From Asterionella formosa (taxonomy: Eukaryota): DNA of 37,256 nt. The number at the start of each line of letters is the position of its first letter. Positions within the stretch are counted from its first letter, which is position 1. Below are positions 19,205-31,378 of the stretch, in pieces. The notes below the pieces were generated by a model. The model was not told the origin of the DNA and did no database searches. It saw nothing but the letters and a program-made list of their open reading frames with translations. A program made the position numbers and the translations under genes. The DNA lies in contig NKIB01015239.1 of NCBI GenBank assembly GCA_002256025.1, positions 1-37,256 of the forward strand. The letters are read 5' to 3'.

Positions 19205-22200
19205 TTACCGTCTTAGGAACATCTGTTTTGAGTATTCCCAGATAGAAATGGCACCACTTACGTGCACGTTCAAGCTCCGGATGATACCAAGTTGTGGAAT
19301 TTCGACACAGATATCAACTGTCTGTAAAAACTCAACCGGGATACCTTCCTTCTCTTTCCCGAGCAGTAGAACTGTCTTTTCTGGAAAATGCAAATCCGCA
19401 ATGGATACGCTTGATGAAGTCTGCTCCAACCCGACAATAGTGTAGCCTTCTTCTTTTCGCAGTCTAAGCCAGCGCCGCAAATTCTGTGGGAGGAAGCAAT
19501 TAGTGTGGTTAAAAACGATTAATCTTGTTACTTGTAATGCAGATGCAGTCGAGAAGCAAAGTCAAAGAACAAATTCTAAATTCTTGCTGGAAAGCAAAAT
19601 CGAGAGATAATGCAAGAACCAGCAAAAGAAATTTGGTCTGAGCATCCGCCCGAATTGCCGTCATTTGTTTGGGTCAATGTCATCAAAGTACACTCAGAAC
19701 AGATCTTGGTTAAATACGACATTAATCATCCGGCAGGAATGGTGGATGTCACTCATTGGAACTTACATCTTCTTTACATTCTTCAATTTTGATCCATTCT
19801 CCAGCTCCGACACTTATGCTCTTGAAATTGTCCATTTTACAAATACTTATATCCGGAATAACAAGCCTCTCAGCAGCAAATATTTCAGCTGTACGCGCGA
19901 GACCAGCTAAATTAGGGACCTTGTCGATCAGCGACGCACACACAATGAGCTGTTGCCGTAATCGTCCGGATGCATTTCTTAGTTGTTTGTCGCGCGATTC
20001 GCCTAGTGCAAGGCCAAGCGAGTCGAGTGGAATAATTTTCCGTTGAAAGTTGACAATGCCAACACCCTGCTCTGGTGGCGAGAGTTTAACATCTTCTGCA
20101 AGCGTCATTTCTTCAATCTGCTTCCACATGGGTGCATCGTCTTCACGTGCTTCAAGATAAATTGATTCTAAGCATCGTTTTATAGCGTCAATCATGTGTA
20201 CTGGATTTGCTTCATTACTTTCATCTTCGTCTATGGTCATCAAGCCCTCCGGTGTACAAGCACGATCAATATTGTAACTGTCAAAGAATTTAGTTTGTTT
20301 CGTTCGCAGTCGTTTCATGTCAGAGTTATTCTGAAGGAAGGCGAAAAGCGAACGGAGATACCATTCGTTCTCGTCCACTGGTTGCGTGTTCACATCGACT
20401 AATCTCGGAATCAACTCATAGACAAGGAGCTGAGCGATACAGCGACTGAATCCTTGTGTACTGCTCAACCATGGAATGACACCAACAAGCACTTCTTTTA
20501 ATAGACGTCGGGTTTCGGTATCGTCAACAAATTGCGAAAAGAAATCAAGTCGGTGTTGTCCAATAATCAAGTTTCCACTGACAATCATTAGCGATGAAAC
20601 ATGCTGCAAAGACAAATCGTATCGTCGAATGTCAACGACAAGTTGCTTTACAAACACAGGCGGGTGTTGACGTGCACATTGCATAGTGAATACTTCCAAG
20701 AAGTAGCGGATCTGGCCATGGAGATTTTGCGACATACACATGAAAACTTTGTTGCAGACTTGCTCAGCAATTGCCCCAGATACAAATCGTGAAAGGACGC
20801 ATAATGCCTGCCACGCCCGAATTCTCAAGCTGTAATCCTCACTTCCAGTCATTATCATTGCTCCACCCTTCAGCGGTGCTAGACAAATGTCGTCCAGCAA
20901 ACGAATAACAAGATAATGCAATAGTTCCGAGGTGACTTGATCATTAATTCCATCGTCAGGATTCGGAAGTCGGGAGAGAAAGACCAGAACAAACGCTCTT
21001 GAAACGCTTGATTCGCCAGTTTGCTGAGGAAGTCCGACGGCACCAGTTGGTACAGTATTTCCTGATTGGAGAATGCTTTGATTTGTCGACGATTCGTCAA
21101 TCAACGAGTCCTTTTGGACAAGCAGTTGAACCAAATCTTCTCGATAAGGAATAGCGCCTACTCCTGTATTTGACTCCTCTAGTGTCTCAAACCCAAGCCA
21201 TGCCCCACAAACTCTGCAAAGGACGGCCTTTGAAATGTTCGAGCGGAGCGTCCCCGCCATTTTCATGAGTCGGCGGAAGGCAGCTCTAATTGGCGCAGCG
21301 TACTGGCAATCGCGATCCAGTCTCTTCGCTTCGTCAATTAGAAGTTGTGGTCGGAAGATCAATTCACAAATCGAATTGAGCATGTAGGTACTTGTTTCGC
21401 TGTTTGAAGCATCTGACAGTATGTCAAAGAGCGATGAAATAATCCTTTCAAGATTGTCAGAATACGACCACGAGTTTGTTGTGAACAACACATTTGCAGC
21501 AACGCTTACGCAGTCAAAGAGTGGCAAGAGCGCATCAACTGGGGTGGCCTGAACCAAATTATTGGCCACTTTAAAAAGCTCATCCAAAAGATCAAGGGTC
21601 TCGCGGCCTTCCATCAATGCACAATTTGCAAGGAATGGGGGAAGGATACAGTACAATGCACCCCATCGAGAATAGTGGAACATGGATCGAGCCGTTTGCT
21701 CGTCGGATTTCGACATTCCTGTATCATTCCCAGTAAAATCAAGGCGAAGCAACATGGTACAGATATTCACAGTCGATGTTCCATCAATTTGGAGTAACGG
21801 GTTTGCCCCGCAAGTTAAAGCTGCAAAAGAAAGTGATGTGAATGTCACAACTTCAATCCCTCCACTTGTGTTGGCCAGTTGGATAACACTATTCTTGTAT
21901 AGCTCATCTGATGCATTGGATACCGTATTACTGGAAGGATAAGAATGGTGTAGCACGTTTAACTGAGAAATCAGACCGGCCAAGAGATTTGACAAACGAC
22001 TTGTATTCCCAGATCGAGTACTGCCTGAAGGGGTTGCAGTGTCACCGATATTTGCCGAAGTCAATATCTTAATATGTTGTAGCAAAAAAGTGACTCCATT
22101 CGCGAGCATAGCATCAATGTTTGGTGGTGGCGGCAGCATTTGCTGGGTCTTGCTATCCACAACAAGGTCCCCATTCCCCAGACCCGATAATAGTTCCATG

Positions 22201-24461
22201 CGACATCCGTGTTCTAATAGAATCAATGCTCTGGTGGCCTTGCCAGCATTTTGCCATACAGGGGGCAGACATGGCATTCCCGAAAGAGCCTTGGCAATGG
22301 CAGGCCACAACAGACTGCTCGCGGAATCAGTCAGTGAGCACAGTAAGACAATGGCTGCCCCCATTGCCCGTTCCATTTCCGAACTTCCCATTCGTGGGTC
22401 CCAGTTTGCTACGGGAAACAACTGACCAGTTACAAAGGTAGAAGCACATGCACTACCAATCGTGGACACAGCTTGTGACGACGGCCCCACCATGTTGGCA
22501 AGCCACGTTTGAAGGTAGGGGTGAACTTTTTCAGCATTTTTCTTAGAGAATGACGTATCTTCCACAGGATACAGCGAGAGCACTTTTAGGATGGTTTTTG
22601 GGTCCACCATTTTGGCCGAGTGACAACACGACAAGATCTGTGCAAACGCTTCTAACAACCCTTGTCGAAAGGTAACGACAACGGAACCGGCAGTGAAGAG
22701 GAACCCAAATGAGGATATGGCGGTCAATATCATTGCTTCGTCCACCACCACATCGGTTCTTGTCGCGACGGCTTGCGCTACTGCCCGATAGACCAATAGT
22801 GCAGTCTTGGTTCGCAACTGACAAACAGTATTTTGACTAAAAATGCCAGTCAAGAATTCTATAGTTCGTTCACCACTTGGCAATGCCTGGACATATGCCG
22901 TGATGAACGCAGACACCTTTGGAATCATATCTTCGTTCATAATTTTTCCGTTCTCTTCATATTGCATGTTTGTCCCAATCGACGACCCCAGTGTATCATA
23001 GGACGGCAACAAGGCATTAATGACAAAATCGCAAGAAATCATCGAAAGTGGAGCCCCCATGGTTTTCGTCCTCTTTGCCTTGATAGAGTGCTTCTTTTTC
23101 TTTGGTTCCATGTGCATACCAGGCTTCTTGGTAACAACTTCTGGTTCTAAAGGACCCACTTGAATACCAGCACTGCCACTAAGGAGTCGATAACATCCCA
23201 ATTTTCTCAATACTGGTGTATCTGCCAAGAAGAGTCTACAAAACATGGCCGACATCCAATCCCATGTAATAGGAGGCAAGTCATTGGTGGTGTCATTGAC
23301 AGCAAGGCACAGGACACCTACACTGTCCCACACTTGATCCACCAAATGTGGTTCTGTTTCCATTTCCATAATTTCAAAGCACGCTACATATGTGTTCCAA
23401 AGGATAGCGTCATGTTCATTCTCCACAAGTATCCGAAGTAAGTATAGAGCACGTCTTCGAATAGTTTGAGTGGAACTGGCCTTTTTCGTATCTTGTCCAC
23501 GACCTGGGGCACTCTTGGGTATTTCCATATTGTCTAATGGTCGAATGCATGAATATATAAAGTCCCATAGTTGAGGCTGGAACAGTGGTCGTTTCCTAAT
23601 ACCAGTAGCTGATTTCGCGTCCACCATTGGAAGTTCAGTTTCCAACAAGTATGGGAGTATGGTACAAAGAACGGCAGATACCACAATTGTATCATCCTTG
23701 CGAAAGAGTTCTGTCCAAAGCACAACTGTTTGATCTATATTCACCACAACAGTTGATGCATCGTTGTACAACAACGGTAAAAGCCATGAAGTGACAGCTT
23801 GCAAGGAGGAGGAGGAGTAGCTAGTGTCATCAGATATCCCTTTCAGAACAAGTTCAAAAATAGCCGTATGGACTGAGTGCTGGTACCCCTGTTGTTGCAG
23901 TCTCACCAATATTCGACATGCCGTCGCTGTGGGCAGCGTAGTTTGACAACTTGAAAGTACTGTGGATAGCCATAATGGTTCATTGTCGTTGTCGTCCTGC
24001 TTCCGAGAGACAACAGCATCAAGTATGGCTTCTAGCAAATCATTGTCGCACGTAGTTGCTTGCAATTCTTCTGCTGCTACCGGTAGTAACAAGTAAGGGA
24101 TACCCACAATAGCCAATCCCTGCAAGCGGGGGAAATGGTGTAGCAAAAATTGAATAATCAAAAGGCGTTCAGCATCTGTGCCTTGGTTTTGAATTGTTTC
24201 GAAAGCTGATACATCATCAGTGGCCAATACCGCCAAAAGTGCGTTAGAAAAGTCCACCTGCTTATCCCCACCTGGGGTGGCGGAGTAAAGCGGATAGACA
24301 TCGGCGTTGGGAACAACAGCTTGACATAGCGACGCATAGACAGGTACGAGCTGTCGCAACGATAAAGGATCAACAGGACCATTTGGTTGACTATGAAGGG
24401 AGCGACCGAGAGTTAATAGTTGTTGGAAGGCTGTTTCATGTGGTTGATGGTGGTCCGTCAT
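19205..24461 (-). CDS. TARBP1: tRNA (guanosine-18-2'-O)-methyltransferase TARBP1/Trm3 (SpoU family), 2 exons: 24461-19767 and 19483-19205 (~1657 aa)
   Basis: Long helical N-terminus, then NFQRKIIP, LIVCASLIDKVPNLAGLARTAEIF, GYTIVGLEQT, LLLGKEKEGIP, VEIPQLGIIRSLNVHVSGAI. Phase-0 intron 19766-19484 (GTAAGT...CTAAT...CAG) joins the two ORFs in frame (ECKED|NLRRWL). Confidence 0.93.
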
Positions 24462-25544
24462 GGTGATTAATAAGGTCGTATGTATATATTTACCGGTAGT
24501 TGGATTACCGGAGCGAGGACAAACTAAGTATGGTTCAGAGGAGAGAGTGATTGCCAATGATGGTTTTCAGCTCAATTTTTGGGTGGCCCACAATCCATGT
24601 CCACGGACGGTGTGCGTATGGACTTTCCTTATTGTGTATGTCTTATATATCCATATTAAATATATGTACTGTGGGTACGTGGAGGGTTGTTCAGTACTAC
24701 CGGTACATACCGTGTAACAAACCTTTGTACATAAATACATCTAGAACAGTACATTATTCAATTCTACGTATGGACGGAGACAAGCCAAAAACTAGTACGC
24801 ACATCCTGAGCACATCCGTCCGCTGTGGAAGGTCCGATGAAAAGGAATTTAGCTGTCTTTTACCAATAGTAAAAGACTCGTTTACAGCACCTTTCTTTCC
24901 GTCATGGAGCGAGGGTGACGGAACAAGAAACAAGAAGCAGAACCAAACCTCTCGCCGCATTCGGCCTCATAACTCAATTAAAATAGCAGAAAGAAAGACA
25001 AGCAAGGTACGATCACGTACGAATACCATCATACTGTCACCATGACCTGTTGTTACGTCGTTGCTTCCATCACTCGTCCATGATTTTTCTCGTCAATCGT
25101 ATATGATGATTGCATCACAATCGTCACTGAGCAACACATGACCTATTTCTGCGGTGCAAACCACGAACAATAAACAAAAGGGTTTCCTTCTTGTGTAATA
25201 CAATTCGTCGCTTTTGGTGCAGCAATCAAAATTGGACCTTGCTTTGTACCAGTACCAGGGTGGGGGTACCTGTAGCGCACGTTGGCATCACGCAAGGAAA
25301 TAATAGCGCACGCACATGAGGCGAAAGATCGAATTCTGCAGTATGGTGACTTTTTCAAATTTTCACGGGGTTCAAAAGTTTTCAGTTCATTGCGGCGGAG
25401 TCTCACTATAATCATCACCTAACCCTCGTTTCTTTCACTATAAATACATCATATCGTGTACAGAACTATTCTATTACCGGTTTATAGCACCTCGTCCCCC
25501 TTTCAAAACTCTCCCAACAGTCGATCAACTTGCCATTTTATTCA

Positions 25545-26390
25545 ATGCCTGGTCCTAAAATGGGCCCACGGCCAGCCGACTTTGACGAAGAAATCGTCCG
25601 CCAATCACCCACCTATATCAAATGGCTTACTCTTGACATTGGACAAACATTACGATACGCCTGTCGTGATTTTGTTCGAGGTCATGGGGATGATGAAGAA
25701 CGATTGATGCGACGCATTATGATCGCTCGAAGGAATAATTTACGGGACCATGATACACTGAAACGAGCCAGACAAACCGTTGTTCTTGTAACCACTACTC
25801 CAGTAGCCGCTGTGTCGACGAGAAAGACCAAAAAAGCTAGGCCTGCCGTGGCGGCGGGCATGTCGGACTTTCAAGTGGAACAAGAAATGGACACTGGGGC
25901 AGTGGAGGCAACGAGGTCATACAAGGCGTGGCAGTCCCTGGAGGAGGGCAAAGAATTTGTGTACAATCAGAAGTATGTCAAGGGGAAGGATGGTCATGAT
26001 TGGTTACTGCGCAAAAACATTTGGAGGAGGATGAGGTATCGACGGGAAAATAAGAAAATGGTGGAAAAATTGAAGGATGAAGGGATTGTTGCAGTTGGGG
26101 ACGACCCAGTAAAGGCTGCTGCTGGAATTGTTGATCAAGCCTTGAAAATGGAACCGACATCGCAGGATGATGTGCAGGATTTTGTCAATAAAGCAGTTGT
26201 CGAAGCGGCTGTCGCGGCGGCGGAAAATTATGCAAAGGCCAATAATGAACCAGATCCGCAAGATTTGGGGAACATTGTTGGTGTACACAATCCCTTGAGC
26301 AACGAAGCCTTGGACGCTGCTGCCAAATTGGCGGCGGCTGCCACACCGATGGATGATGACGATGATGACATGACGGAATATGATGTGTGA
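25545..26390 (+). CDS. Hypothetical protein (~281 aa) with an internally duplicated ~55-aa domain and an acidic/Ala-rich tail
   Basis: Clean ORF with likely ATG at 25545. DEEIVRQSPTYIKWLTLDIGQTLRY..FVRG aligns with DTGAVEATRSYKAWQSLEEGKEFVY..YVKG. Confidence 0.85.
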   Translation: MPGPKMGPRPADFDEEIVRQSPTYIKWLTLDIGQTLRYACRDFVRGHGDDEERLMRRIMIARRNNLRDHDTLKRARQTVVLVTTTPVAAVSTRKTKKARPAVAAGMSDFQVEQEMDTGAVEATRSYKAWQSLEEGKEFVYNQKYVKGKDGHDWLLRKNIWRRMRYRRENKKMVEKLKDEGIVAVGDDPVKAAAGIVDQALKMEPTSQDDVQDFVNKAVVEAAVAAAENYAKANNEPDPQDLGNIVGVHNPLSNEALDAAAKLAAAATPMDDDDDDMTEYDV

Positions 26391-26824
26391 GGGGGGGGGG
26401 GGTGACGAGTTTGCCACTGGAGCATGTCGTTGAATGTTTTCCAACTTTTGTGCAATTTTAGGGTATGCGTATTTTATTAAGGAGGAAAAGTTATTGCTAT
26501 TTCACATCATTCTTGAAACTATAATGTGGTTATTATCTTTCTCCTCGTCGTCGATGGAGTATTTGTTTACTCTTTCTTGACTCATACAAATCAGGGCAGT
26601 AGTAGCATTATACACCGACGAATTGCCTGGTTGTTTCTTCCATGGCAGCTACAGAAGAATTGTTGTTGACTCTAGAAAAGTACACAATAGAAGTAGAAAC
26701 CTTTATGTTCGCCAAAAGTATCTGTGAATACATACACCTGTATCGGTACATCATCGCTGTAGCAGACCTTACAGTCAACATGACAATTGTTGTAACCCGA
26801 TATTCACGCGAGAATTACATAGTA

Positions 26825-28498
26825 TCAACCTCTCTTATCGTTTTCATAAAAGAACGGGGGAGTTTGGCTAGGACGCATGGCCTGTAGGCGAGCCGTTTCC
26901 TCCATTTTGGCCTTTGTAACAAACTTAGTTGCTGCAGTGTCTCGTTGAATCTTGAGGCCATCCATGACTTCTTCTACATTGCAATCTTCCTTCGAGTACG
27001 AGGACTTCCACATGGGTATCCAATATTCTTCCATTATCATCTTGGTCTGCGCCTCATTATCAATAACAACACCCCATTCGGCCAAGTCACAAATGTACAA
27101 ATTCTGGGAGCCAATGTAACAACAAACGTCGTCAACAATAAAATGTTTGGCGTGCATGCCCAAGTTTTTCCCATCCTTCCACTTTGTTCCAATAGTTTCT
27201 CTAATGTACGTGATCCTCAGATTATCCATTACTTTCTTTCGCAACTCGTCATGTTTGGCAATTGGAAATTGCATTTGGATCGTCTTGATAATTTCTGCTG
27301 CCACATCCACACATGTCCACCCATTCCCGTAACTGGCTTCAGTCGGTTTGAGTCCACCTGGAATTGAGCCTGGATTACTCAAAACAATCTCCACGTCGAC
27401 TTCGCGTTCCCAAATGGCACGACCCAGAGCTGATAGGGTCGCCTTGGGCCAGGCAGCCAAGGCGACTAATGTTCCTGGAATGCAAATGGGTCCCAAATCT
27501 TGTAATGCCAAACGTATAATGGTTTTGGCCGAATCCATCATGGCTATAAATGCATCGTCCGAAGGCCTTTTGCTGCGCAATAGTGAACCATAACGACCAA
27601 GAGTAATCACGGGGACACTTCCCTCCACAATAGGGCGTCTTTGGAATTTGGATCGATCAAAGGGTGGAGGAAAAGTTTGTGCCTTTCCGGTTGGAAACTC
27701 ACTGACTGTCACACGTGTTTTCCACAAAACGGGCAAATAATCCGGAATTCGGTCCACAAGGGTGCCAATTACAGTGCCTTGCTTTCGTTCAATGTAGGCC
27801 CATTGGTCGTTGGCAAAAAGGTGGCCGTCCTTGGTGACATTGCCCTCCATCTCGAGAGACAAGTCATGAATCGGGTCCTTCTGAAGATAGTGTGCATCCC
27901 ACATGTTGTGCCCACCTGTATGAAGGAAATATCCGTCTACAGCTATAATCTTGGCATGATTCCAGGAAACGCCCTTTCGCCAAGCGCCCACCCAGAGATG
28001 AATGTTTGAATTCTCTTGGAGGTCCTCAGTCAGGGACTTGATGACAGCATTACAATTGACGGGCATGCCAACAATGTTTCCAAACATCATGCGAACAATG
28101 ATGGGTTCCAACCGTACCGTGGCCTTGTCGGCTAGGACTGCCAGCGCCTTTTTAACTTGTTCCAAAAAGAGTCCATCGGGGGGTGACAAACTCATGACAT
28201 CGCAAAAGAATTCAGTTCGTGCAATGATTTCTCCCATCTTCTCTGGGAACCAACTGTCGTTTCCTTCCGGTGGATCAGTAGTACAGACCCACCCGGTTCG
28301 GGGGGTTTGATGCAAGGGACCAACTACTTTTCCTGACGTGACATTCCACAGGGTATGATGATGCCAATTATGTTTCTTTTGCAACACTTTATAAGCCGCA
28401 GCGCCCACATACGACAAACTTCCAGCAGATTTGTCTTCGGCTACGTCACCCTCGTCCTCGTAGAAGTGGTGAGTGCGTTTGCAACAGGGTAGGATCAT
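26825..28498 (-). CDS. Phospholipase D, compact two-HKD type (~557 aa)
   Basis: Two HxKxxxxD motifs: WNHAKIIAVDG..HTGGHN and MHAKHFIVDD..YIGSQNLY. No C2/PX/PH domain is visible. Likely ATG at 28498 (MILPCC). Confidence 0.93.
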   Translation of the reverse strand: MILPCCKRTHHFYEDEGDVAEDKSAGSLSYVGAAAYKVLQKKHNWHHHTLWNVTSGKVVGPLHQTPRTGWVCTTDPPEGNDSWFPEKMGEIIARTEFFCDVMSLSPPDGLFLEQVKKALAVLADKATVRLEPIIVRMMFGNIVGMPVNCNAVIKSLTEDLQENSNIHLWVGAWRKGVSWNHAKIIAVDGYFLHTGGHNMWDAHYLQKDPIHDLSLEMEGNVTKDGHLFANDQWAYIERKQGTVIGTLVDRIPDYLPVLWKTRVTVSEFPTGKAQTFPPPFDRSKFQRRPIVEGSVPVITLGRYGSLLRSKRPSDDAFIAMMDSAKTIIRLALQDLGPICIPGTLVALAAWPKATLSALGRAIWEREVDVEIVLSNPGSIPGGLKPTEASYGNGWTCVDVAAEIIKTIQMQFPIAKHDELRKKVMDNLRITYIRETIGTKWKDGKNLGMHAKHFIVDDVCCYIGSQNLYICDLAEWGVVIDNEAQTKMIMEEYWIPMWKSSYSKEDCNVEEVMDGLKIQRDTAATKFVTKAKMEETARLQAMRPSQTPPFFYENDKRG

Positions 28499-29212
28499 GA
28501 TGACAAGAACAGTGAGTGAGCGAATGGGTGAGTGAGTGAACAAAACGGAATGTAAGAGTATATTTTGTAATTATGTGAGTACTGTTATAAAATAGTAAAA
28601 TTACCAGATAAATATTAAAATATATATGATGCTCGGAGCACTGGTAGAGTGTTACTACCGGTACTGGTACCAGGTAGTCACAATGGTAGCTATAGGAGTA
28701 CAGTATGATCATTGGGCGGAGTAGCACAGCATTGGTTGCTGGGGCGATAGTGTGCAGACGATTTTGGCGAGCCGTTTGGGGTGTCACTTAGTACTTGTAG
28801 GCTATATAAATTGATATAAAGCGATTTGGTGATTAAACATATATGCATACTTAAATTTTCAAAATTCTTCACGTTCTTTAGTATGCATTTCGTATGCCTC
28901 AATATGTGTGCTGCATACTATACTATGTAGAGAAATATAATAGATTTATGGCCTGTCTATGTATGTATTTCGACGTACGGTATCTATAATTATATACAAT
29001 GTTTTTATTGTAGTGTACGTTAGCATGTATGGTCATTACACGTATTCTGGTACTGTGGATGTCCTGGTTGTACCGGTATTCCATTTGTTTTCCTTGTCAC
29101 ATAAGCAAGCATAACATAAGTCAGACAGCGAAACCTGTCGGAGCAAACAACATGATTGCCTGATGCTGCAATAATGACATGACGGCGATGGCACCAGGTA
29201 CCAGTCGATACC

Positions 29213-31378
29213 ATGATACGACTGTTTATAAAGCGCCGGCCGAATTTATTAATTCTCCTATTACTCTGGGATGCACTTCTTCATGCAAGAGTTTTGTGTT
29301 TCACTCATCAACAGCAGAGTGCAACAAGGCGATGGTCGCTATCAATTCCATCATTGGTAGAAGCTCGAACGAAAAGTCAAGAGCAAGCTCCGTTCCTTTC
29401 GTTCGAGGAACATCTTCAAGACCGACTGGCTCGAGATGACCAATCCACCATTGTGATCGAAGGATACGTCACAGCAAACCGACAGATTGGGCGAGCTCTG
29501 GTCTTTGTTGACTTTGTTTTGTCAACAGGTCAATCTATAGGAGGAGGGACACTTTGCCAAGCATTGCTTCGACAGGAACTCTATCAAGGGGTTGATTACA
29601 ATGGCCACCGACTTTCGTTGCTTGTTGGGAGTCAATTTAGAGTTGCAGGAATGGCGTCTTCGACCCGAAATCCAGGACAAGCGGTTTTGATGATTCAGGC
29701 CCTTGAACTGATTGGCCTTCCAAGACAGCCTCAGCACATTAAGAAGATTTTAACATTGGCCAAAGAGGGTCAGATGTCGGTGCAAGAAGTGGCCGCTGCT
29801 GCTCATCGACCAAATTTGACGGAAGATTTGTTATCTGATGCTTTAGATTTGAAAGAATTTTCAAAAATCGTTCTCGCTGGGTTACCTATTGATCCAAACT
29901 ATCCAGAAATTGCTGATCAAAGGAAACGATCTCAGAAAGGCAAATATGACTTGCCCCAAGTACCCTTAGAATGGCAGAAAGTACCCGAGATTATCAACGA
30001 TACTAGAGCACATTTCTCAATAGCGAATCAATCTGTTTCTGAGCTGATGGATAATCAAACTTCGCCTGGACAAGTGACAATATCTGGATGGGTTCAAAAT
30101 AGACGGCGCTTTCAAGATAGCATTGCTCTGCTACAAATTGTGGACGATTTTTCATCCGTTGATAGCGATATCATTGAAAGCAGCTCTTTCGAGGTGACGG
30201 ACACCAGGAGATTAGCATGTCTGCTTCATCCGACGTTGCTGCTGCCTTCGGATGCCTCTGTGTATAAAACCATCCTTACCGTCGGATCAAAAGTTTGGAT
30301 GATGGGTCAGTTTGAACCGGCAAAGGACGATGCCAATACCGGTACATCCACAGCAACCTTGTGGATCACACAAATCAGATTACTGCGAGCATCGTGGCGA
30401 CCTGTAACGCTTCGACATATTCTAGATCTGGTCTACGAAAAGAAATTTGACTTGGACGAAGCGTCTGAGGCACTATTAATTTCTTATCAAGAAGCAGAAT
30501 TATTATCGGAAACACCAGATGCCACAGAGCGACAATGGAAAGCAATGCAAATATCGTCAGCTCTTCAAATTGCGCAATCTCGCCATGGTAGTACTGATCC
30601 AGAGTTGTTGCAAGTCCTAGACAAATACAGGCCAATCCGCGAGAAATTTCCTGTTTTGGAAACAATCGTTGACAGCGTACAAGATGACAACCTGCTTATT
30701 AATTCTCTTTCTGGAACCAAATGGCAATCTAAAAAGCAGCCGCAGTTAGTTTGGATGACAAATCAAATCCGAACCGTCATAATGTCACATCCTGACTATG
30801 GCAAGAGGACACTCCATATTCTCGATGTCGGTGGAGGCAAAGGCCTTCTAGCAAATTATTTGGGTCAGATGTTAACAGATATACAAATTCATGTTGTTGA
30901 TATTGCTGAAGGGGCAACGAGAAATGGCGCTATGCGAGCCAAAAGACTAAATGTACCGGTTGATTTTCGAGTTGTCGATGCCAGTAACTCCCTAGATATA
31001 GACGCCGATGTTGTTGTTGCATTACATGCATGTGGGCACTTGAGCGATGTTGCCTTGGCCCACGCTGTACAACGTGGTGCTGGCTTTGTTATTTGCCCAT
31101 GCTGTTTTCGTTCGAATCCACATTTGCGAATCCCAATAACTAGAAATGTTGTTGAAGATTGGCTGGGTGTGCCATCACAAGATTGGAATGCCCTGAAGTT
31201 GCTAGCCGAAGTACAGGGTGACGTGCTGTTACAAAGTCAAGCAATGGCAACAATATGTGCTATTCGCGCCAACGCTGCTAGCCTCAAGTCAGGAGTTCAC
31301 GTGTCAATCAAGAGCTTTCCTATCCAGTACTCGACTAGGAACATATGTATTGTTGGAATGGTATTGTCAGGGATCTAA
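29213..31378 (+). CDS. Class I SAM-dependent methyltransferase (Methyltransf_32/Trm44-like) with two OB-fold-like domains, putatively plastid-targeted
   Basis: ILDVGGGKGLL, VHVVD, VVALHACGHLSD, CPCCF. OB-like starts IVIEGYVTANRQIG and VTISGWVQNRRRF. N-terminal hydrophobic LLILLLLW...VLC|F. Confidence 0.88.
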   Translation: MIRLFIKRRPNLLILLLLWDALLHARVLCFTHQQQSATRRWSLSIPSLVEARTKSQEQAPFLSFEEHLQDRLARDDQSTIVIEGYVTANRQIGRALVFVDFVLSTGQSIGGGTLCQALLRQELYQGVDYNGHRLSLLVGSQFRVAGMASSTRNPGQAVLMIQALELIGLPRQPQHIKKILTLAKEGQMSVQEVAAAAHRPNLTEDLLSDALDLKEFSKIVLAGLPIDPNYPEIADQRKRSQKGKYDLPQVPLEWQKVPEIINDTRAHFSIANQSVSELMDNQTSPGQVTISGWVQNRRRFQDSIALLQIVDDFSSVDSDIIESSSFEVTDTRRLACLLHPTLLLPSDASVYKTILTVGSKVWMMGQFEPAKDDANTGTSTATLWITQIRLLRASWRPVTLRHILDLVYEKKFDLDEASEALLISYQEAELLSETPDATERQWKAMQISSALQIAQSRHGSTDPELLQVLDKYRPIREKFPVLETIVDSVQDDNLLINSLSGTKWQSKKQPQLVWMTNQIRTVIMSHPDYGKRTLHILDVGGGKGLLANYLGQMLTDIQIHVVDIAEGATRNGAMRAKRLNVPVDFRVVDASNSLDIDADVVVALHACGHLSDVALAHAVQRGAGFVICPCCFRSNPHLRIPITRNVVEDWLGVPSQDWNALKLLAEVQGDVLLQSQAMATICAIRANAASLKSGVHVSIKSFPIQYSTRNICIVGMVLSGI

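Noticed and set aside
19756..24382. Many short ORFs overlapping TARBP1 (similar ones overlap the ATPase, PLD and DHHC genes)
   Set aside because: Antisense or out-of-frame shadows of well-supported genes with no motifs.
24460..25418. ORFs of 68-164 aa in the divergent intergenic region
   Set aside because: Mostly non-ATG starts and no protein-like motifs; the region is best explained as a shared promoter.
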